This document shows positions 9,817-20,420 of a DNA stretch of 64,000 nt, one piece after another; position 1 is the stretch's first letter, and each line of letters starts with the position of its first letter. Under the pieces are notes generated by a model, which saw only the letters and a program-made list of their open reading frames with translations, did no database searches and was not told the origin of the DNA. This DNA is from an uncultured Planctomycetia bacterium (GTDB lineage Bacteria; Omnitrophota; Gorgyraeia; Tantalellales; Tantalellaceae): contig CAZGQR010000003.1 in NCBI GenBank assembly GCA_964527765.1, positions 6,156-70,155 of the forward strand. Reading direction: 5' to 3'. The position numbers were made by a program, and so were the translations under genes.

Positions 9817-10950
9817 ATGAAAAAAAACATCCTCATAATAACCGGCGAGCCTTCCGGCGACATGCGCGCCGGTGAACTCATCAGGGAGCTTAAGGAATTT
9901 CTTCCGGATATCTCTTTCTGGGGTATCGGCGGCGATCGCATGCGTGCGCAGAACGTGGAACTGATAGAGCATATCCAGCACTTTTCCCTGGTCGGCGCGT
10001 GGGAAGTCGTCAAAAACCTGTCCCGGATCCGCAGGCACTACAAGAACTTGATCAGGAACATACGGAAAAGAAAACCCGACCTGGCGATCCTGATCGATTA
10101 TCCGGGGTTCAATCTGAGGGTAGCCAGATTCCTTCACAGTGAAAAAATACCGGTTATCTACTACATAATACCGCAGGTCTGGGCATGGGGGCGTCACAGG
10201 CTGAAATCGCTAAAACGCTTTGTAGACAAGGCGCTTGTCCTTTTTAAGTTCGAAGAACATTTTCTTAAACAGGCCGGCATAGATTGCGAATTCGTGGGAC
10301 ATCCTTTACTGGATAACATTACTTCATCCGGAGGTCCGGCGGCCAGGAGCGGCGCCTTCACCATAGCCCTTCTTCCCGGTTCCCGGAAAAACGAGATACT
10401 GGGTATATTCCCCGTCATGCTTGAGGCCGCGGAAAAAATACACGGGCAGCGGAAGGACGTTCAGTTCGTTGTCGCGGAAAACTCCAATGTTGACAAAAGT
10501 CTATATGATTCGGCTCTCGCGGGACACGGCGGCCTTACCGTATCCCGCTTTACGAACGACACATTCACCTGTCTTGACCGCTGTGATTTTGCCATGGTGA
10601 CTTCCGGCACGGCCACGCTGGAGACGGCTATCATGGAAAAACCGATGGTAATCGTATACCGCGCAGCTTTCCTGACGTATGTCCTTTTCCGCCTCTTCAT
10701 GAGGATCCCTTTCATCGGCCTGGCCAACATAATAGCCGGGGAGGAGGTCGCCCCCGAACTGCTTCAGGGAAATTGCACATCGGAAAAACTATATCGGAAG
10801 GTCCTGGAGATCACGGGCGATGATTCCCGCATGCGGTCCATGAAGAGCAAATTGAGGGAAGTCAAACGTTCTCTGGGAGAGAGGGGAGCAAGTAGAAAAG
10901 CCGCTGAAACGATAAGCCGGTTTATTGAAGAAAAGATCCCCGCTAAATAA
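9817..10950 (+). CDS. lpxB: lipid-A-disaccharide synthase
   Basis: MKKNILIITGEPSGD...WGIGG N-terminus and the PGSR motif; glycosyltransferase family 19. Confidence 0.9.
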   Translation: MKKNILIITGEPSGDMRAGELIRELKEFLPDISFWGIGGDRMRAQNVELIEHIQHFSLVGAWEVVKNLSRIRRHYKNLIRNIRKRKPDLAILIDYPGFNLRVARFLHSEKIPVIYYIIPQVWAWGRHRLKSLKRFVDKALVLFKFEEHFLKQAGIDCEFVGHPLLDNITSSGGPAARSGAFTIALLPGSRKNEILGIFPVMLEAAEKIHGQRKDVQFVVAENSNVDKSLYDSALAGHGGLTVSRFTNDTFTCLDRCDFAMVTSGTATLETAIMEKPMVIVYRAAFLTYVLFRLFMRIPFIGLANIIAGEEVAPELLQGNCTSEKLYRKVLEITGDDSRMRSMKSKLREVKRSLGERGASRKAAETISRFIEEKIPAK

Positions 10951-11743
10951 CCTTCACTACGATATTATTCGCATCCGCTATCTTTATCAGCTCTTCCCTG
11001 TCAACAAGGAACATCTTGCCGTTTTCAATGGCAAGCGCGCTGAACCCATTATCAGAAAGCCCGGTCATCGTATCGGGCCCTACAGTGGGGACATCCCACC
11101 TCGGATCCTGCCTGGGGCGGCTTACCTTTACCATGACGCATCCCCGTCCGGCTACTTCCCTGGCCCTTTTGATCGTGGCGTCGGTCCCTTCCATGGCCTC
11201 AATGGCGACAACCGCCCTTTCCTTGACGACCACCGTCTGCCCGACATCCATCCCGGCTATCTCTTTGGCGACATCATATCCTATCTTTATGTCCTCTTCA
11301 ATGCGCGCGTCGGGCGCTGCCCGGCTCAAAACGCCCTTTTCGGGCAAAAGGTGCGAAAGATACCGCATGCTGTCTATGACCTCAACGCCGATCCGGCCGA
11401 GGTGCCTGGTGATCTCCTCGAGAATGGAATAATCTTTTTTGTTCTGCAAACTTTTCAAGGCGATCCGGGCCTCTTCATCGTATGTTCCCTTTTTATATAT
11501 GACGCTCTTATCCACCTTTCCGACAAGCGCCAGGTGTTTTATTCTTTCTTTGAGCAATAAAAATCCGAATTTCCTGTACTGGCCTACATCCATCCAGTAC
11601 ACCTTGTCAGTTTCCTTGTCAAGCTGTGACGAGGCCATCCCCCGGATGGCGAAGACCACCACGGTATCCCCTGCTTTTTTGGCCGCCCGGACAAACTCCA
11701 CGGGTAAAACCCCCGCTCCCGCGATCAATGCGACCTTGCCCAT
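10943..11743 (-). CDS. lpxI: UDP-2,3-diacylglucosamine hydrolase LpxI (DUF1009 family)
   Basis: 266 aa with KVALIAGAGVLP...DVGQTVVV...AIEAMEGTDATIKRA, characteristic of the LpxI N- and C-domains. Confidence 0.75.
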   Translation of the reverse strand: MGKVALIAGAGVLPVEFVRAAKKAGDTVVVFAIRGMASSQLDKETDKVYWMDVGQYRKFGFLLLKERIKHLALVGKVDKSVIYKKGTYDEEARIALKSLQNKKDYSILEEITRHLGRIGVEVIDSMRYLSHLLPEKGVLSRAAPDARIEEDIKIGYDVAKEIAGMDVGQTVVVKERAVVAIEAMEGTDATIKRAREVAGRGCVMVKVSRPRQDPRWDVPTVGPDTMTGLSDNGFSALAIENGKMFLVDREELIKIADANNIVVKVI

Positions 11744-11752
11744 TGTGCTTCC

Positions 11753-12217
11753 TTACTCCTTATCGATAAGACTGAACATCAGATCCGCCTCGCAGACGAC
11801 TTTCCCGTCCACGCTGGCCTCTCCGTGCGTCTGCACTATGTTGCCGCGGCTTACCTTCGTAAGCGCGACATGAAGAAACAGCTGATCGCCGGGAATTACG
11901 GGCTTCCTGAATTTCGCGTTATTGATCGTCATAAAGAAAGCCAGCTTGTTCTCGTTCCCGCTGCCTATGAGCGCAAGGATACCGCCGACCTGCGCAAGCG
12001 CTTCGATCATAAGGACACCCGGCATGATCGGTTCGCCGGGAAAATGCCCCTGGAAAAAAAGCTCGTTCATGGTAACGTTCTTGATGGCTTTTATCCACTT
12101 ACCGTCTTCATAATCAACTACCCTGTCAACCAGAAGAAACGGATACCTGTGTGGAAGCAGTGCCATGATTCTCTTGATGTCCACTGTTTTGCTGCTCATT
12201 ATCTTATCCTCCTGCAT
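11753..12217 (-). CDS. fabZ: 3-hydroxyacyl-ACP dehydratase
   Basis: Hot-dog fold motifs [13 protein letters not shown] and [19 protein letters not shown]; start overlaps the lpxC stop. Confidence 0.9.
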   Translation of the reverse strand: MQEDKIMSSKTVDIKRIMALLPHRYPFLLVDRVVDYEDGKWIKAIKNVTMNELFFQGHFPGEPIMPGVLMIEALAQVGGILALIGSGNENKLAFFMTINNAKFRKPVIPGDQLFLHVALTKVSRGNIVQTHGEASVDGKVVCEADLMFSLIDKE

Positions 12218-13089
12218 TACGATCTGTGCTCTTTACTGTTCTGAAACTCAGGGCTCACGTATTTATCATATATTTTCCTGATCATCCTGACATTGAGGTT
12301 ATGTCCGGATCTTTCGGCCATTACCCTGCCGATGACCGGCCGTCCGAGCATGTAAAGATCGCCTATAAGATCCAGGACCTTGTGCCGCACCGGTTCATTT
12401 GGAAACCGCAAGGTTGTGCCGACCGGACCGTTATTATCCATGACCAATGTATTCTCCAAGGTGGCCCCCTGCCCCAGACCGGCTTTCAAGAGCGCTTCGG
12501 CTTCCGCTTTGAGGCAAAAAGTCCTTGCGGGCGCTATTTCCTTTTCAAACAGGTCCTGGTCCGGCGCTATGTCAAAGATCTCGCGGCCTATGGAAGGGAC
12601 GTCGTAATCGATAAGGTAGGAAACACTGAAAACATCGTCAGGGGACAGAGTAAGCGAGCTCCCCTTTTCTTCGACCCGTTCCTCCTCCCGGATCCTTATG
12701 GGGCGCCTCATGGACGATTGCTCGACAGAGCCCGCTTCTTTCAGGGGCCCGAAAAAACCCATGGCGCTTCCGTCAAGCGCCGGGAGCTCAGCCCCGTTAA
12801 GTTCAAGCGTCAGATTGTCGATCCCCAGGGCCCACAAAGCGGCGAGAAAGTGCTCAACGGTCTGGACTTCCAGCGCACCGGTACCTATCGTGCTTCTTCG
12901 CGTATGAGCGCTTGAAAATATGCCGTCGTTCAGTCGCAAACCGGGCGCGTCCGGAAGATCTTTTCTTTTAAAAACTATGCCCTCATCCGGATGCGCGGGC
13001 TTGCAGACAGCATCGACCCTGCGTCCTGTCTGAAGAGCCCTGCCGGAAAAACGGACCTCCCCTCTGATGGTTCTCTGGCTTTCCGCCAT
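12217..13089 (-). CDS. lpxC: UDP-3-O-acyl-N-acetylglucosamine deacetylase
   Basis: [19 protein letters not shown] and [14 protein letters not shown] motifs. Confidence 0.9.
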   Translation of the reverse strand: MAESQRTIRGEVRFSGRALQTGRRVDAVCKPAHPDEGIVFKRKDLPDAPGLRLNDGIFSSAHTRRSTIGTGALEVQTVEHFLAALWALGIDNLTLELNGAELPALDGSAMGFFGPLKEAGSVEQSSMRRPIRIREEERVEEKGSSLTLSPDDVFSVSYLIDYDVPSIGREIFDIAPDQDLFEKEIAPARTFCLKAEAEALLKAGLGQGATLENTLVMDNNGPVGTTLRFPNEPVRHKVLDLIGDLYMLGRPVIGRVMAERSGHNLNVRMIRKIYDKYVSPEFQNSKEHRS

Positions 13090-13183
13090 TACCGTTCCTT
13101 CTGGATCTTAGAAAATTAACGGATAGCATTTAGTTCTCACTGTATACGCTATCCGCCAATTTTCATCGCGTGTTATCCCGGTA

Positions 13184-13693
13184 TTATTTGTTGAGTTGTT
13201 TCACGACCTTCTCTGTAAGGTCAAAGCTTTCTTTCGCGTACATTATATTCCGCGAATCGAAAATATAATCATATCCTTCCTTTTTGCCCAGTTCTTCGAC
13301 CACTTTCTGGATGTCTTCGACCACCTCGCGGAACATGTCGTTCTTCTTGGTCAGGATCTCCTGTCTGGTTCCCCTGTCGAATTCCTGAAGTTTCACCAGT
13401 TCGGCGTCTATCTCGCCCTGCTTTTTGCTTCTGGCATCACCGCTGAGAAGCTCTATTTTATCCCTTAGTTTCGTGATCTTTTCGACCATCTTATCGCGTT
13501 CTTTCTGGCGATCCTCGGTAAGGCCGTTAAGTTCGTTTTCCATTTTTTTCGTTTTTTCATATTCATAGAACGCCCGCCTGAGGTCCACATACCCCATCTT
13601 GCCGCCCTGGGCATGGCTCAAGGGCGCCAGAAAGCCGAACGCAACAAAACCCGTCATCAAAAATACCAACACTTTTTTAGCTGAGCTAAACAT
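13184..13693 (-). CDS. skp: OmpH/Skp periplasmic chaperone
   Basis: Signal peptide followed by a coiled-coil-rich 150 aa; located between bamA and lpxC as in other diderms. Confidence 0.75.
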   Translation of the reverse strand: MFSSAKKVLVFLMTGFVAFGFLAPLSHAQGGKMGYVDLRRAFYEYEKTKKMENELNGLTEDRQKERDKMVEKITKLRDKIELLSGDARSKKQGEIDAELVKLQEFDRGTRQEILTKKNDMFREVVEDIQKVVEELGKKEGYDYIFDSRNIMYAKESFDLTEKVVKQLNK

Positions 13694-13757
13694 TTCCCTT
13701 CTCCTCTCTTATTTTTTCTTGCCGCACACTATAACCCTGTACACCGTATATTGCGCG

Positions 13758-16076
13758 CTAAAAACCGTGGCTTACGCTGAACCAGAATTGCCCTTCTTTC
13801 TTGTCGCCGTGGTTATCGCTGAGCGGATATCCATAATCCAGCTTCAGCGGACCGATAGGGGTCTTTACGCGTATCCCGATACCGGCAGCCTGCTTGTAGC
13901 TGGTATTGGTGAACAGCTCTTCCGCATCCCTCATCACGTTGCCCACATCGTAGAAAACAGCGCCTTTCATCAGTTTCTTCCATATGGGGAAAGTGAGCTC
14001 GGCATTGCCTATGATCATGGCATCGCCGCCAAGGACATTGTTGCGGCTGTCTCTGGGGCCGACGGCTCTTTGTTTGTAACCTCGTATCGTCGTCGCGCCC
14101 CCGGCAAAAAAGCGTTCATAGATGGGTACTTTATCTGTGCTTGCATAAGGCGCGGCCATACCCGTTCGTCCCTTGATCTCCAGGACCAGACTTTCGAGGA
14201 TACTATAATAAAAACTGGTGTGCAGGTAACCCTTGACAAAATCCTTGCTGCCGCCTATGAAACCGCCGGCGTTTTCCAGCGACATGCCGGCGATCCATCC
14301 TTTCGTGGGCGAATATTTGTTGTCGCGCGTATCATACTGCAGGTTCCACGTAAGACGGCTCAGCATGTTATCCCCAGCTTCATCCCGGAGATCCTGGCTG
14401 GCATCATCCGGAATGTTGGATATCTTGACTTCCTCAAGATTATAGATAAGACCGGTGCTCAGTTCATCGGTTATTTCTTTCCCGAGTCTGAGAGATCCGC
14501 CGGTACGTATTTCGTCATAATCGTACCCGGTTGAACCGTATTTCAGGTGCTCCTCGCGGTAGGCGTCAAACCCGAACAGGTACGGAAGATCGAATATCCA
14601 GGGGTCGGTCCAGCTCAAAAAGTAATTTGTCCTCGCGCTTCCTATTTCACCCCTTATGACAAGATCCTGTCCGCCCCCGGTAAAGGTGGGAAAATTCAGG
14701 ATATCAAAATTCCTTTGCCGGATCTGGGCAAATCCGATAAACGCATCCACGGAACTATAACCGCCGCCGAAGGACAATTCCCCTGTCTTGGTCTCTTTCA
14801 CGGTAACGTTCAGATCCTTGATATCCTCCTCGTCGGTCGGAACCGTTTCGAAATAGACATCCTCAAAAAATCCGAGGTTATAGATCCGCTCCTTGCTTTT
14901 CTTGAGCTTTTCGCCGTCATACTTCGCTCCCGGATATACTCTGAGTTCCCTTCGTACGACCTTGTCCCTGGTCTTCGTATTGCCTATGATGTTGATCTTG
15001 CCGACATAAACCTCGTCATGGGCCTGGATATCATAGACAATATCCATCCTGTCCGTAACATGGTTGTATTTGTGGCGCAGGTCGATCTCCGCGTCCATAT
15101 ATCCCTTGTCGTAGTAGAACGCGCGTATACCGTCCACGTCCTCTTTGATCTTATCGTAATCGAAGGAATCGCCGGCTTTCATGGTGATCTTTGTGCGTAT
15201 CTCTTTCTCCGGGAACGCCAGGTCCCCGCGGATCCCTATATCCCCTACCAAATATTCCTTCCCTTCATCGACTATGACCGTCAAATGCATCTCTTTCCCG
15301 TCCGGCGAATAATCTACCCTGCTGGTGACGCGGGCATCGAGAAAACCCTTGCTCCTGTACACGCTTCTTATTCTGTTGAGATCCGCTTCAAACTCTTCCT
15401 CGTTAAAAGCGCCTTTCCGGATAAACCACCATGCCGTCTTGGTCGCCATGTATTTCTTCAATTCATTGTCGGGAATGCTCTTATTCCCCTCGATCTCTAT
15501 GCTCTTGATCCTCAGTGGATACCCCTCATCTATCAGGAAAACAAGCGTTGCCTGTCCCGTCTCCGGGTCGGTCTCGATACTGTAATCGATCCTGGCGCGG
15601 CTGTATCCCTGCTCAATATAATAAGCCTTGAGTTCGGCGACATCCTGCGCGACCAGATTGAAATCCAGCAAGTCCCCTACTTTAACGGTCAATTTTTTGG
15701 CCAGCCGCGCTTCCTTGACCCTGGCGTTCCCCCGAAATTCGATCTTGTCTATCGCCGGCTTTTCAACCACGGTGAAAACCACTACTACGCCCTCAGCGCG
15801 TTCCTCCGTCTCAACGAACACGTCGGCGAAATACCCCATGGCATAAAGACGCTTCAACTCCTTGTTAAGGGCGCTCTCTACGAACTGGTCTCCCGGCTTT
15901 ATCTTCAGCCTGCTTAAAATAGTGGCGGTTGAAACAGCCTTGTTGCCCTTTATCCGGATATCGCTTATGCGCTTATCGCTTGAAAATGCGCCCTGACCCC
16001 AGACAAGGCCGTAAGAACTCATGACGAGAAAAATCGGAACAAGAATGAATAAAAACATTTTTTTTCTCATCGTCAA
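13758..16076 (-). CDS. bamA: outer membrane protein assembly factor BamA
   Basis: Signal peptide, five POTRA-like repeats, and a C-terminal Omp85 barrel ending in the aromatic residue F. Confidence 0.9.
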   Translation of the reverse strand: MTMRKKMFLFILVPIFLVMSSYGLVWGQGAFSSDKRISDIRIKGNKAVSTATILSRLKIKPGDQFVESALNKELKRLYAMGYFADVFVETEERAEGVVVVFTVVEKPAIDKIEFRGNARVKEARLAKKLTVKVGDLLDFNLVAQDVAELKAYYIEQGYSRARIDYSIETDPETGQATLVFLIDEGYPLRIKSIEIEGNKSIPDNELKKYMATKTAWWFIRKGAFNEEEFEADLNRIRSVYRSKGFLDARVTSRVDYSPDGKEMHLTVIVDEGKEYLVGDIGIRGDLAFPEKEIRTKITMKAGDSFDYDKIKEDVDGIRAFYYDKGYMDAEIDLRHKYNHVTDRMDIVYDIQAHDEVYVGKINIIGNTKTRDKVVRRELRVYPGAKYDGEKLKKSKERIYNLGFFEDVYFETVPTDEEDIKDLNVTVKETKTGELSFGGGYSSVDAFIGFAQIRQRNFDILNFPTFTGGGQDLVIRGEIGSARTNYFLSWTDPWIFDLPYLFGFDAYREEHLKYGSTGYDYDEIRTGGSLRLGKEITDELSTGLIYNLEEVKISNIPDDASQDLRDEAGDNMLSRLTWNLQYDTRDNKYSPTKGWIAGMSLENAGGFIGGSKDFVKGYLHTSFYYSILESLVLEIKGRTGMAAPYASTDKVPIYERFFAGGATTIRGYKQRAVGPRDSRNNVLGGDAMIIGNAELTFPIWKKLMKGAVFYDVGNVMRDAEELFTNTSYKQAAGIGIRVKTPIGPLKLDYGYPLSDNHGDKKEGQFWFSVSHGF

Positions 16077-17428
16077 AAACCTTCCTCCTCTTCTGTCCTG
16101 GACAGATTGCTGAACCTGGTATATTCAGGCAGGAAAGCCAGTTTGATCGTTCCGACAGGGCCATGTCTCTGCTTTGCCACTATGACTTCCGCTATCCCTT
16201 TATTCTCTTCTGTCGGACTATAATATTCCTCCCTCAGAAGCAATATGACCACGTCCGCATCCTGTTCGATAGCTCCCGATTCTCTGAGGTCGGAAAGCAT
16301 CGGACGGTGATCGGTCCTTTGTTCCACCGCCCTGGAAAGCTGGCTTATGGCGATGATGGGTATGTTCAGCTCGCGCGCCAGGGCTTTCATGGAACGGGAT
16401 ATCTCTGATATTTCCTGCTGCCTGTTTTCTTTCCCGGACGCGCCCCTCATCAGCTGCAGATAATCGACAATGAGCATCTGTATATCGTGCCTGGCCTTTA
16501 ACCTTCTCGCCTTGGCCCTTACTTCGAGAGATGATATACCGGGCGTGTCATCGATAAAGATGGGAGCTTCCGAAAGTTTTCCGGCCGCCGCTACAAGCTT
16601 GGGCCAGTCCGTCTGAGAGAAAAAGCCCGTTCTTACCTTATGGGCATTGACCCCTGCCAGGGAGCAAAGCATTCTCTGCGCAAGCTGGTCCTTTGACATC
16701 TCAAGGCTGAAATACGCGCAAGGGACCTTTTCTACCACGCCGGCGTATCCCAGCATGGAGATCGCCAGGGCGCTCTTGCCCATGGAAGGACGTCCCGCAA
16801 GCACGATAAAATCCGATTTCTGGAGACCCGCGGTTTTTACGTCCAGGTCATGGAAACCGGTGGGGATGCCGATGATATTTTCTTTTCTCTGATAGAGATG
16901 ATCGATCAGCTCGATACTTTCCTTGACGACATCTTTCATCTCGAAAACATGCATGTCATGTTTCTGGTGGGAGGTGATGTCGAATATCAGCCTTTCGGCC
17001 TTGTCCAGCAGTTCGTCCACTTCGCTGGAGGGCTCAAAACTTTCCGACACGATCTGCGTGGCGGTATTGATCAGACGCCTCAAAAGATATTTTTCCCGGA
17101 CGATCTTCGCGTAATGATCTATATTGGCCGCGGTAGGTATGCTGTTGGCAAGTTCCGTGATGTAAGCAGGGCCGCCTATTTTGTCCAGCATGTCCCTCTT
17201 TTTCAGTTCCTCGATGAGGGTGACAATATCAACGGCTTCATTTTCATCGTAAAGCTTGACAATGGCCTTGAAGATCTTCCTGTTGGCCTCGTCATAAAAT
17301 GCGGCCCCCTCAAGTTGTTCTATGGCTTTGGCTATGGCCTCCCTGTCAAGCAGCATAGACCCAAGAACCGCGATCTCTGCCTCGGCATTCTGCGGAGGTA
17401 CTTTTTCGATAAGAGTCTTTGGAATCAT
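16073..17428 (-). CDS. dnaB: replicative DNA helicase
   Basis: Walker A GRPSMGKSALA, Walker B IVDYLQL, and the DnaB N-terminal domain. Confidence 0.9.
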   Translation of the reverse strand: MIPKTLIEKVPPQNAEAEIAVLGSMLLDREAIAKAIEQLEGAAFYDEANRKIFKAIVKLYDENEAVDIVTLIEELKKRDMLDKIGGPAYITELANSIPTAANIDHYAKIVREKYLLRRLINTATQIVSESFEPSSEVDELLDKAERLIFDITSHQKHDMHVFEMKDVVKESIELIDHLYQRKENIIGIPTGFHDLDVKTAGLQKSDFIVLAGRPSMGKSALAISMLGYAGVVEKVPCAYFSLEMSKDQLAQRMLCSLAGVNAHKVRTGFFSQTDWPKLVAAAGKLSEAPIFIDDTPGISSLEVRAKARRLKARHDIQMLIVDYLQLMRGASGKENRQQEISEISRSMKALARELNIPIIAISQLSRAVEQRTDHRPMLSDLRESGAIEQDADVVILLLREEYYSPTEENKGIAEVIVAKQRHGPVGTIKLAFLPEYTRFSNLSRTEEEEGF

Positions 17429-17440
17429 CGGAAGGTACTG

Positions 17441-17884
17441 TTATTTTTTCACGACCCAGACCCTGAGCTGAGTCTTGACCTCAGGGTGCAGGCGAACATC
17501 AACGCTATAAACGCCCAGTGCTTTTATCGGTTCCTCAAGAACGATTTTTTTCCTGTCGATCTCGATGCCGTCCGCGCGCAAACCCTCGGCGATCATCTCT
17601 GAGGTAACAGAGCCGAAGAGCTTGTCCCCTTCTCCCGCATCCACTGAAATAGTGCAGGATGCTGCCGTTATCTTTTCAGCGAGTCTCTCGCATTCTTCCT
17701 TTAGCTGGCTTTCCCTGCGCTGCTTTTCCCGCTTTTTCTGCTCCAGCATGCGCAAGGCTCCTTTCGTGACCTCTGCGGCGAGCTTCTTCGGGATCAGGTA
17801 ATTCCTGGCGTACCCGTCCTTCACCGTCACCTCATCCCCGATGCCGCCCAGCTTCTCCACGTCCTTTATTAAGATCACCTTCAC
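17441..17884 (-). CDS. rplI: 50S ribosomal protein L9
   Basis: MKVILIKDVEKLGGIGDEVTVKDGYARNYLIP. Confidence 0.9.
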   Translation of the reverse strand: MKVILIKDVEKLGGIGDEVTVKDGYARNYLIPKKLAAEVTKGALRMLEQKKREKQRRESQLKEECERLAEKITAASCTISVDAGEGDKLFGSVTSEMIAEGLRADGIEIDRKKIVLEEPIKALGVYSVDVRLHPEVKTQLRVWVVKK

Positions 17885-18162
17885 GTTTCTTCCCTCGATC
17901 TTCTTCGCGGCAGCCCTTCTTTTATCCTGACGAACGGCAACAAAGCGGCCAGCCGCGCTCTTTTGATCCCGTTAGCGACCATGCGCTGGTGTCTGGCACA
18001 ATTCCCCGTGATGCGGGGGCTGATGATTCTGCCCCTGTCGGACACGAATTTATTGAGAAGGTCGATATTCTTATAATCTATCGATTTCACTTTCTCCCTG
18101 CATAGCCGGCATGGTTTCTTTTTAAAGATCCTTCGGGGTTTTTTAACGATCTTTTTTTTCAC
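17881..18162 (-). CDS. rpsR: 30S ribosomal protein S18
   Basis: CRLCREK...IDYKNIDLLNKFVSDRGRI...ITGNCARHQR. Confidence 0.85.
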   Translation of the reverse strand: MKKKIVKKPRRIFKKKPCRLCREKVKSIDYKNIDLLNKFVSDRGRIISPRITGNCARHQRMVANGIKRARLAALLPFVRIKEGLPRRRSREET

Positions 18163-18189
18163 GTTTCTCTCTCCGATTGTCTTCTTACT

Positions 18190-18651
18190 TTAAAATGGGG
18201 GTTCATCCCCTCCTGTTTCTTGATCCACGTCTATTGATTCAACTCTGCTGTATCCCTCGCGGGACTCCGCGCTTTCCGCGGCTTCACCGGGAACTCCTCT
18301 CGCCTGCTGCCTGTCTCCGCGCGCGCCCACGAACTGGACGCTTGTAGCCACGACATCCAGAGCGCTTCTTTTCTGTCCATCCTGGCCTTCCCACGTGCGG
18401 GACTTCAAACGGCCCTCCACCAGAACGGGCCTGCCCTTTGTGAGATATTCGCCGCAGACCTCAGCCATCTTACCCCAGACGACCACCCGGATGAATGAGA
18501 CATCTTCCTTTTTGTCGCCGGTATTATCTTTATAGATACGGTTCACTGCAACCGTAAAATTGGCAACCGCTGTCCCGCTTGGGATATATCTGAGTTCCGG
18601 ATCCCTTGTCAGGTTCCCCATCAAAAACACTTTATTCAAACTGGCAGCCAT
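18190..18651 (-). CDS. ssb: single-stranded DNA-binding protein
   Basis: OB fold NKVFLMGNLTRDPELRY and an acidic C-terminal tail ...DEPPF. Confidence 0.9.
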   Translation of the reverse strand: MAASLNKVFLMGNLTRDPELRYIPSGTAVANFTVAVNRIYKDNTGDKKEDVSFIRVVVWGKMAEVCGEYLTKGRPVLVEGRLKSRTWEGQDGQKRSALDVVATSVQFVGARGDRQQARGVPGEAAESAESREGYSRVESIDVDQETGGDEPPF

Positions 18652-18718
18652 TATTCTGTCTCCTCTCGCTCTCCGGACCAGGGAACAGCAAGCGGGATCG
18701 CTTGCCGCTCACTAACGT

Positions 18719-19009
18719 CTACTTTGTTTTATCTATCAGCGTTCTCAGTATATCCGTGTTTATCCGGAATTGCCTCATCATCTTTGAAACGGCCTCCGGC
18801 AAAGCGGTAAAAGCCACTTCGTAATAAATGCCTTCGGATCTTTTTTTGACGGGGTAGACAAGAGACTTTTTCCCCACCATATTCTCCTTCACGACACTCC
18901 CGGAATTATCGCTGATGACGGAATTTATGCGTTTTTTTACCTCATCTATTCCGTCCTCTTTTTCGGGCGCGATGATGAACAATCCTAGATACGATCTTGT
19001 TTTTTCCAT
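18719..19009 (-). CDS. rpsF: 30S ribosomal protein S6
   Basis: 96 aa; follows the conserved rpsF-ssb-rpsR-rplI order. Confidence 0.85.
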   Translation of the reverse strand: MEKTRSYLGLFIIAPEKEDGIDEVKKRINSVISDNSGSVVKENMVGKKSLVYPVKKRSEGIYYEVAFTALPEAVSKMMRQFRINTDILRTLIDKTK

Positions 19010-19077
19010 ATTTTAGCACCAAAATTATTTGTTAGATAATAACATATAATACCAGCATAAATCAAGACAATTAACGA

Positions 19078-19635
19078 TCACCTGTTGTATCGGTCCATGG
19101 CTTTTTTCGTGCCTTCCACAAGCCACGTTTCAATGCATTCTACCGCTCTTTCCCGCATTTCATTCAAGACGGGTTTCTCTGCGCGGGGAAAAGGCGATAA
19201 AACATACGGGGCCAGATCCTTGACCGCCTTGCCCGTCCCCACACCCAGCCTTAACCTCGCAAAGTCCGGGCCTATCTCTTCTATTATGGATTGCAGGCCG
19301 TTATGCCCCCCGGAAGACCCCTTATTCCTCAACCTTATGCGCCCGAGCGATAGATTAAAATCATCGCTGACGACCAGAAGATCCTTTTTATCGCTTAATT
19401 TTGAAGAACAGACTGCCTTTACGGCCTCTCCGGAAAGGTTCATGTACGTTAAAGGCCTAAAGAGCATGATCTCCTGCCGGTGTGCGCGGCCGACACCATA
19501 TATGCCGGCAAAACCTTTTCTTCTAATGCTTATCCGGTGCTTTTTTGCAAGATCCTTAAGCACCAGAAACCCCACATTGTGCCTTGTCCCTCTGTACCTG
19601 AGCCCCGGGTTTCCCAGGCCTATGATTATTTTCAT
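19078..19635 (-). CDS. pth: peptidyl-tRNA hydrolase
   Basis: MKIIIGLGNPG...TRHNVGF...NLSG. Confidence 0.9.
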   Translation of the reverse strand: MKIIIGLGNPGLRYRGTRHNVGFLVLKDLAKKHRISIRRKGFAGIYGVGRAHRQEIMLFRPLTYMNLSGEAVKAVCSSKLSDKKDLLVVSDDFNLSLGRIRLRNKGSSGGHNGLQSIIEEIGPDFARLRLGVGTGKAVKDLAPYVLSPFPRAEKPVLNEMRERAVECIETWLVEGTKKAMDRYNR

Positions 19636-19693
19636 TGTTTTATATCGTGTATCGCGTATTGATCTGTTTCTGCCGCGATAAAATAAGAGGGCA

Positions 19694-20401
19694 TCATTCC
19701 TTTTCCTCGGGGGGAGTTTCTTCTTTGCCTTCAGCCGGAGCCTCCGCCTCTTCTTCCTCTTTCTTGCCCTTCTTTATGACCTCGGGCTCCTCTTCTCCCT
19801 CAGCCGGAGCTTCTTCCGCCACTTCTTCCTCCAGCTTGGGCGGGATCACCGACACCACCATCTGTTCGGGGTCGTTAAGAATAGACACCCCCTGCAGCGG
19901 CGCTATATCCTTGACATGAATAGAGTCGCCGATGCGCAGCTCTCCGACCTGAACATCCACGTGTTCCGGTATGTCCGCAGGCATGCACTCGACCTCCAGT
20001 TCCCATGTCTCCTGGGTCAGCACGCCGTCATCCTCTTTTACCCCCACGGCCTCGCCCTTTACGACAACGGGTACTTTGACCTTTAATTTTTGCTTCAGAG
20101 ATATCTCATGGAAGTCCACGTGCACGAAGCTGTCGTTAATAGGATCGTGCTGCACTTCTTTAACAATGACCGTCTTCTCGGTCTTTTTCTTGCCATCGGA
20201 AATATCCATGGTTATGATGGCATTCTCACCTGCTTCGGTATGCAGCGCATGCCACAGTTCCTTGCTGCCGACCTGAACGCTTACGGCTTTTTTCCCTTCC
20301 TTGTACACCACACCGGGGATCAGCCCCTCTTTCCTCAGATGCTTGCATCCGCTTTTACCGAAACTCTCCCTCAGTGCCGCTTCAAGAACTATTTTCTCCA
20401 T
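19694..20401 (-). CDS. ctc: 50S ribosomal protein L25 / general stress protein Ctc
   Basis: L25 beta-barrel N-terminal domain plus an acidic Glu/Ala/Pro-rich tail. Confidence 0.85.
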   Translation of the reverse strand: MEKIVLEAALRESFGKSGCKHLRKEGLIPGVVYKEGKKAVSVQVGSKELWHALHTEAGENAIITMDISDGKKKTEKTVIVKEVQHDPINDSFVHVDFHEISLKQKLKVKVPVVVKGEAVGVKEDDGVLTQETWELEVECMPADIPEHVDVQVGELRIGDSIHVKDIAPLQGVSILNDPEQMVVSVIPPKLEEEVAEEAPAEGEEEPEVIKKGKKEEEEAEAPAEGKEETPPEEKE

Positions 20402-20420
20402 TTATCCACCTCTTTCCAGG

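Noticed and set aside
14547-15917. 456-aa plus-strand ORF
   Set aside because: Entirely antisense to bamA; no motifs; the long open frame is explained by codon bias of the opposite strand.
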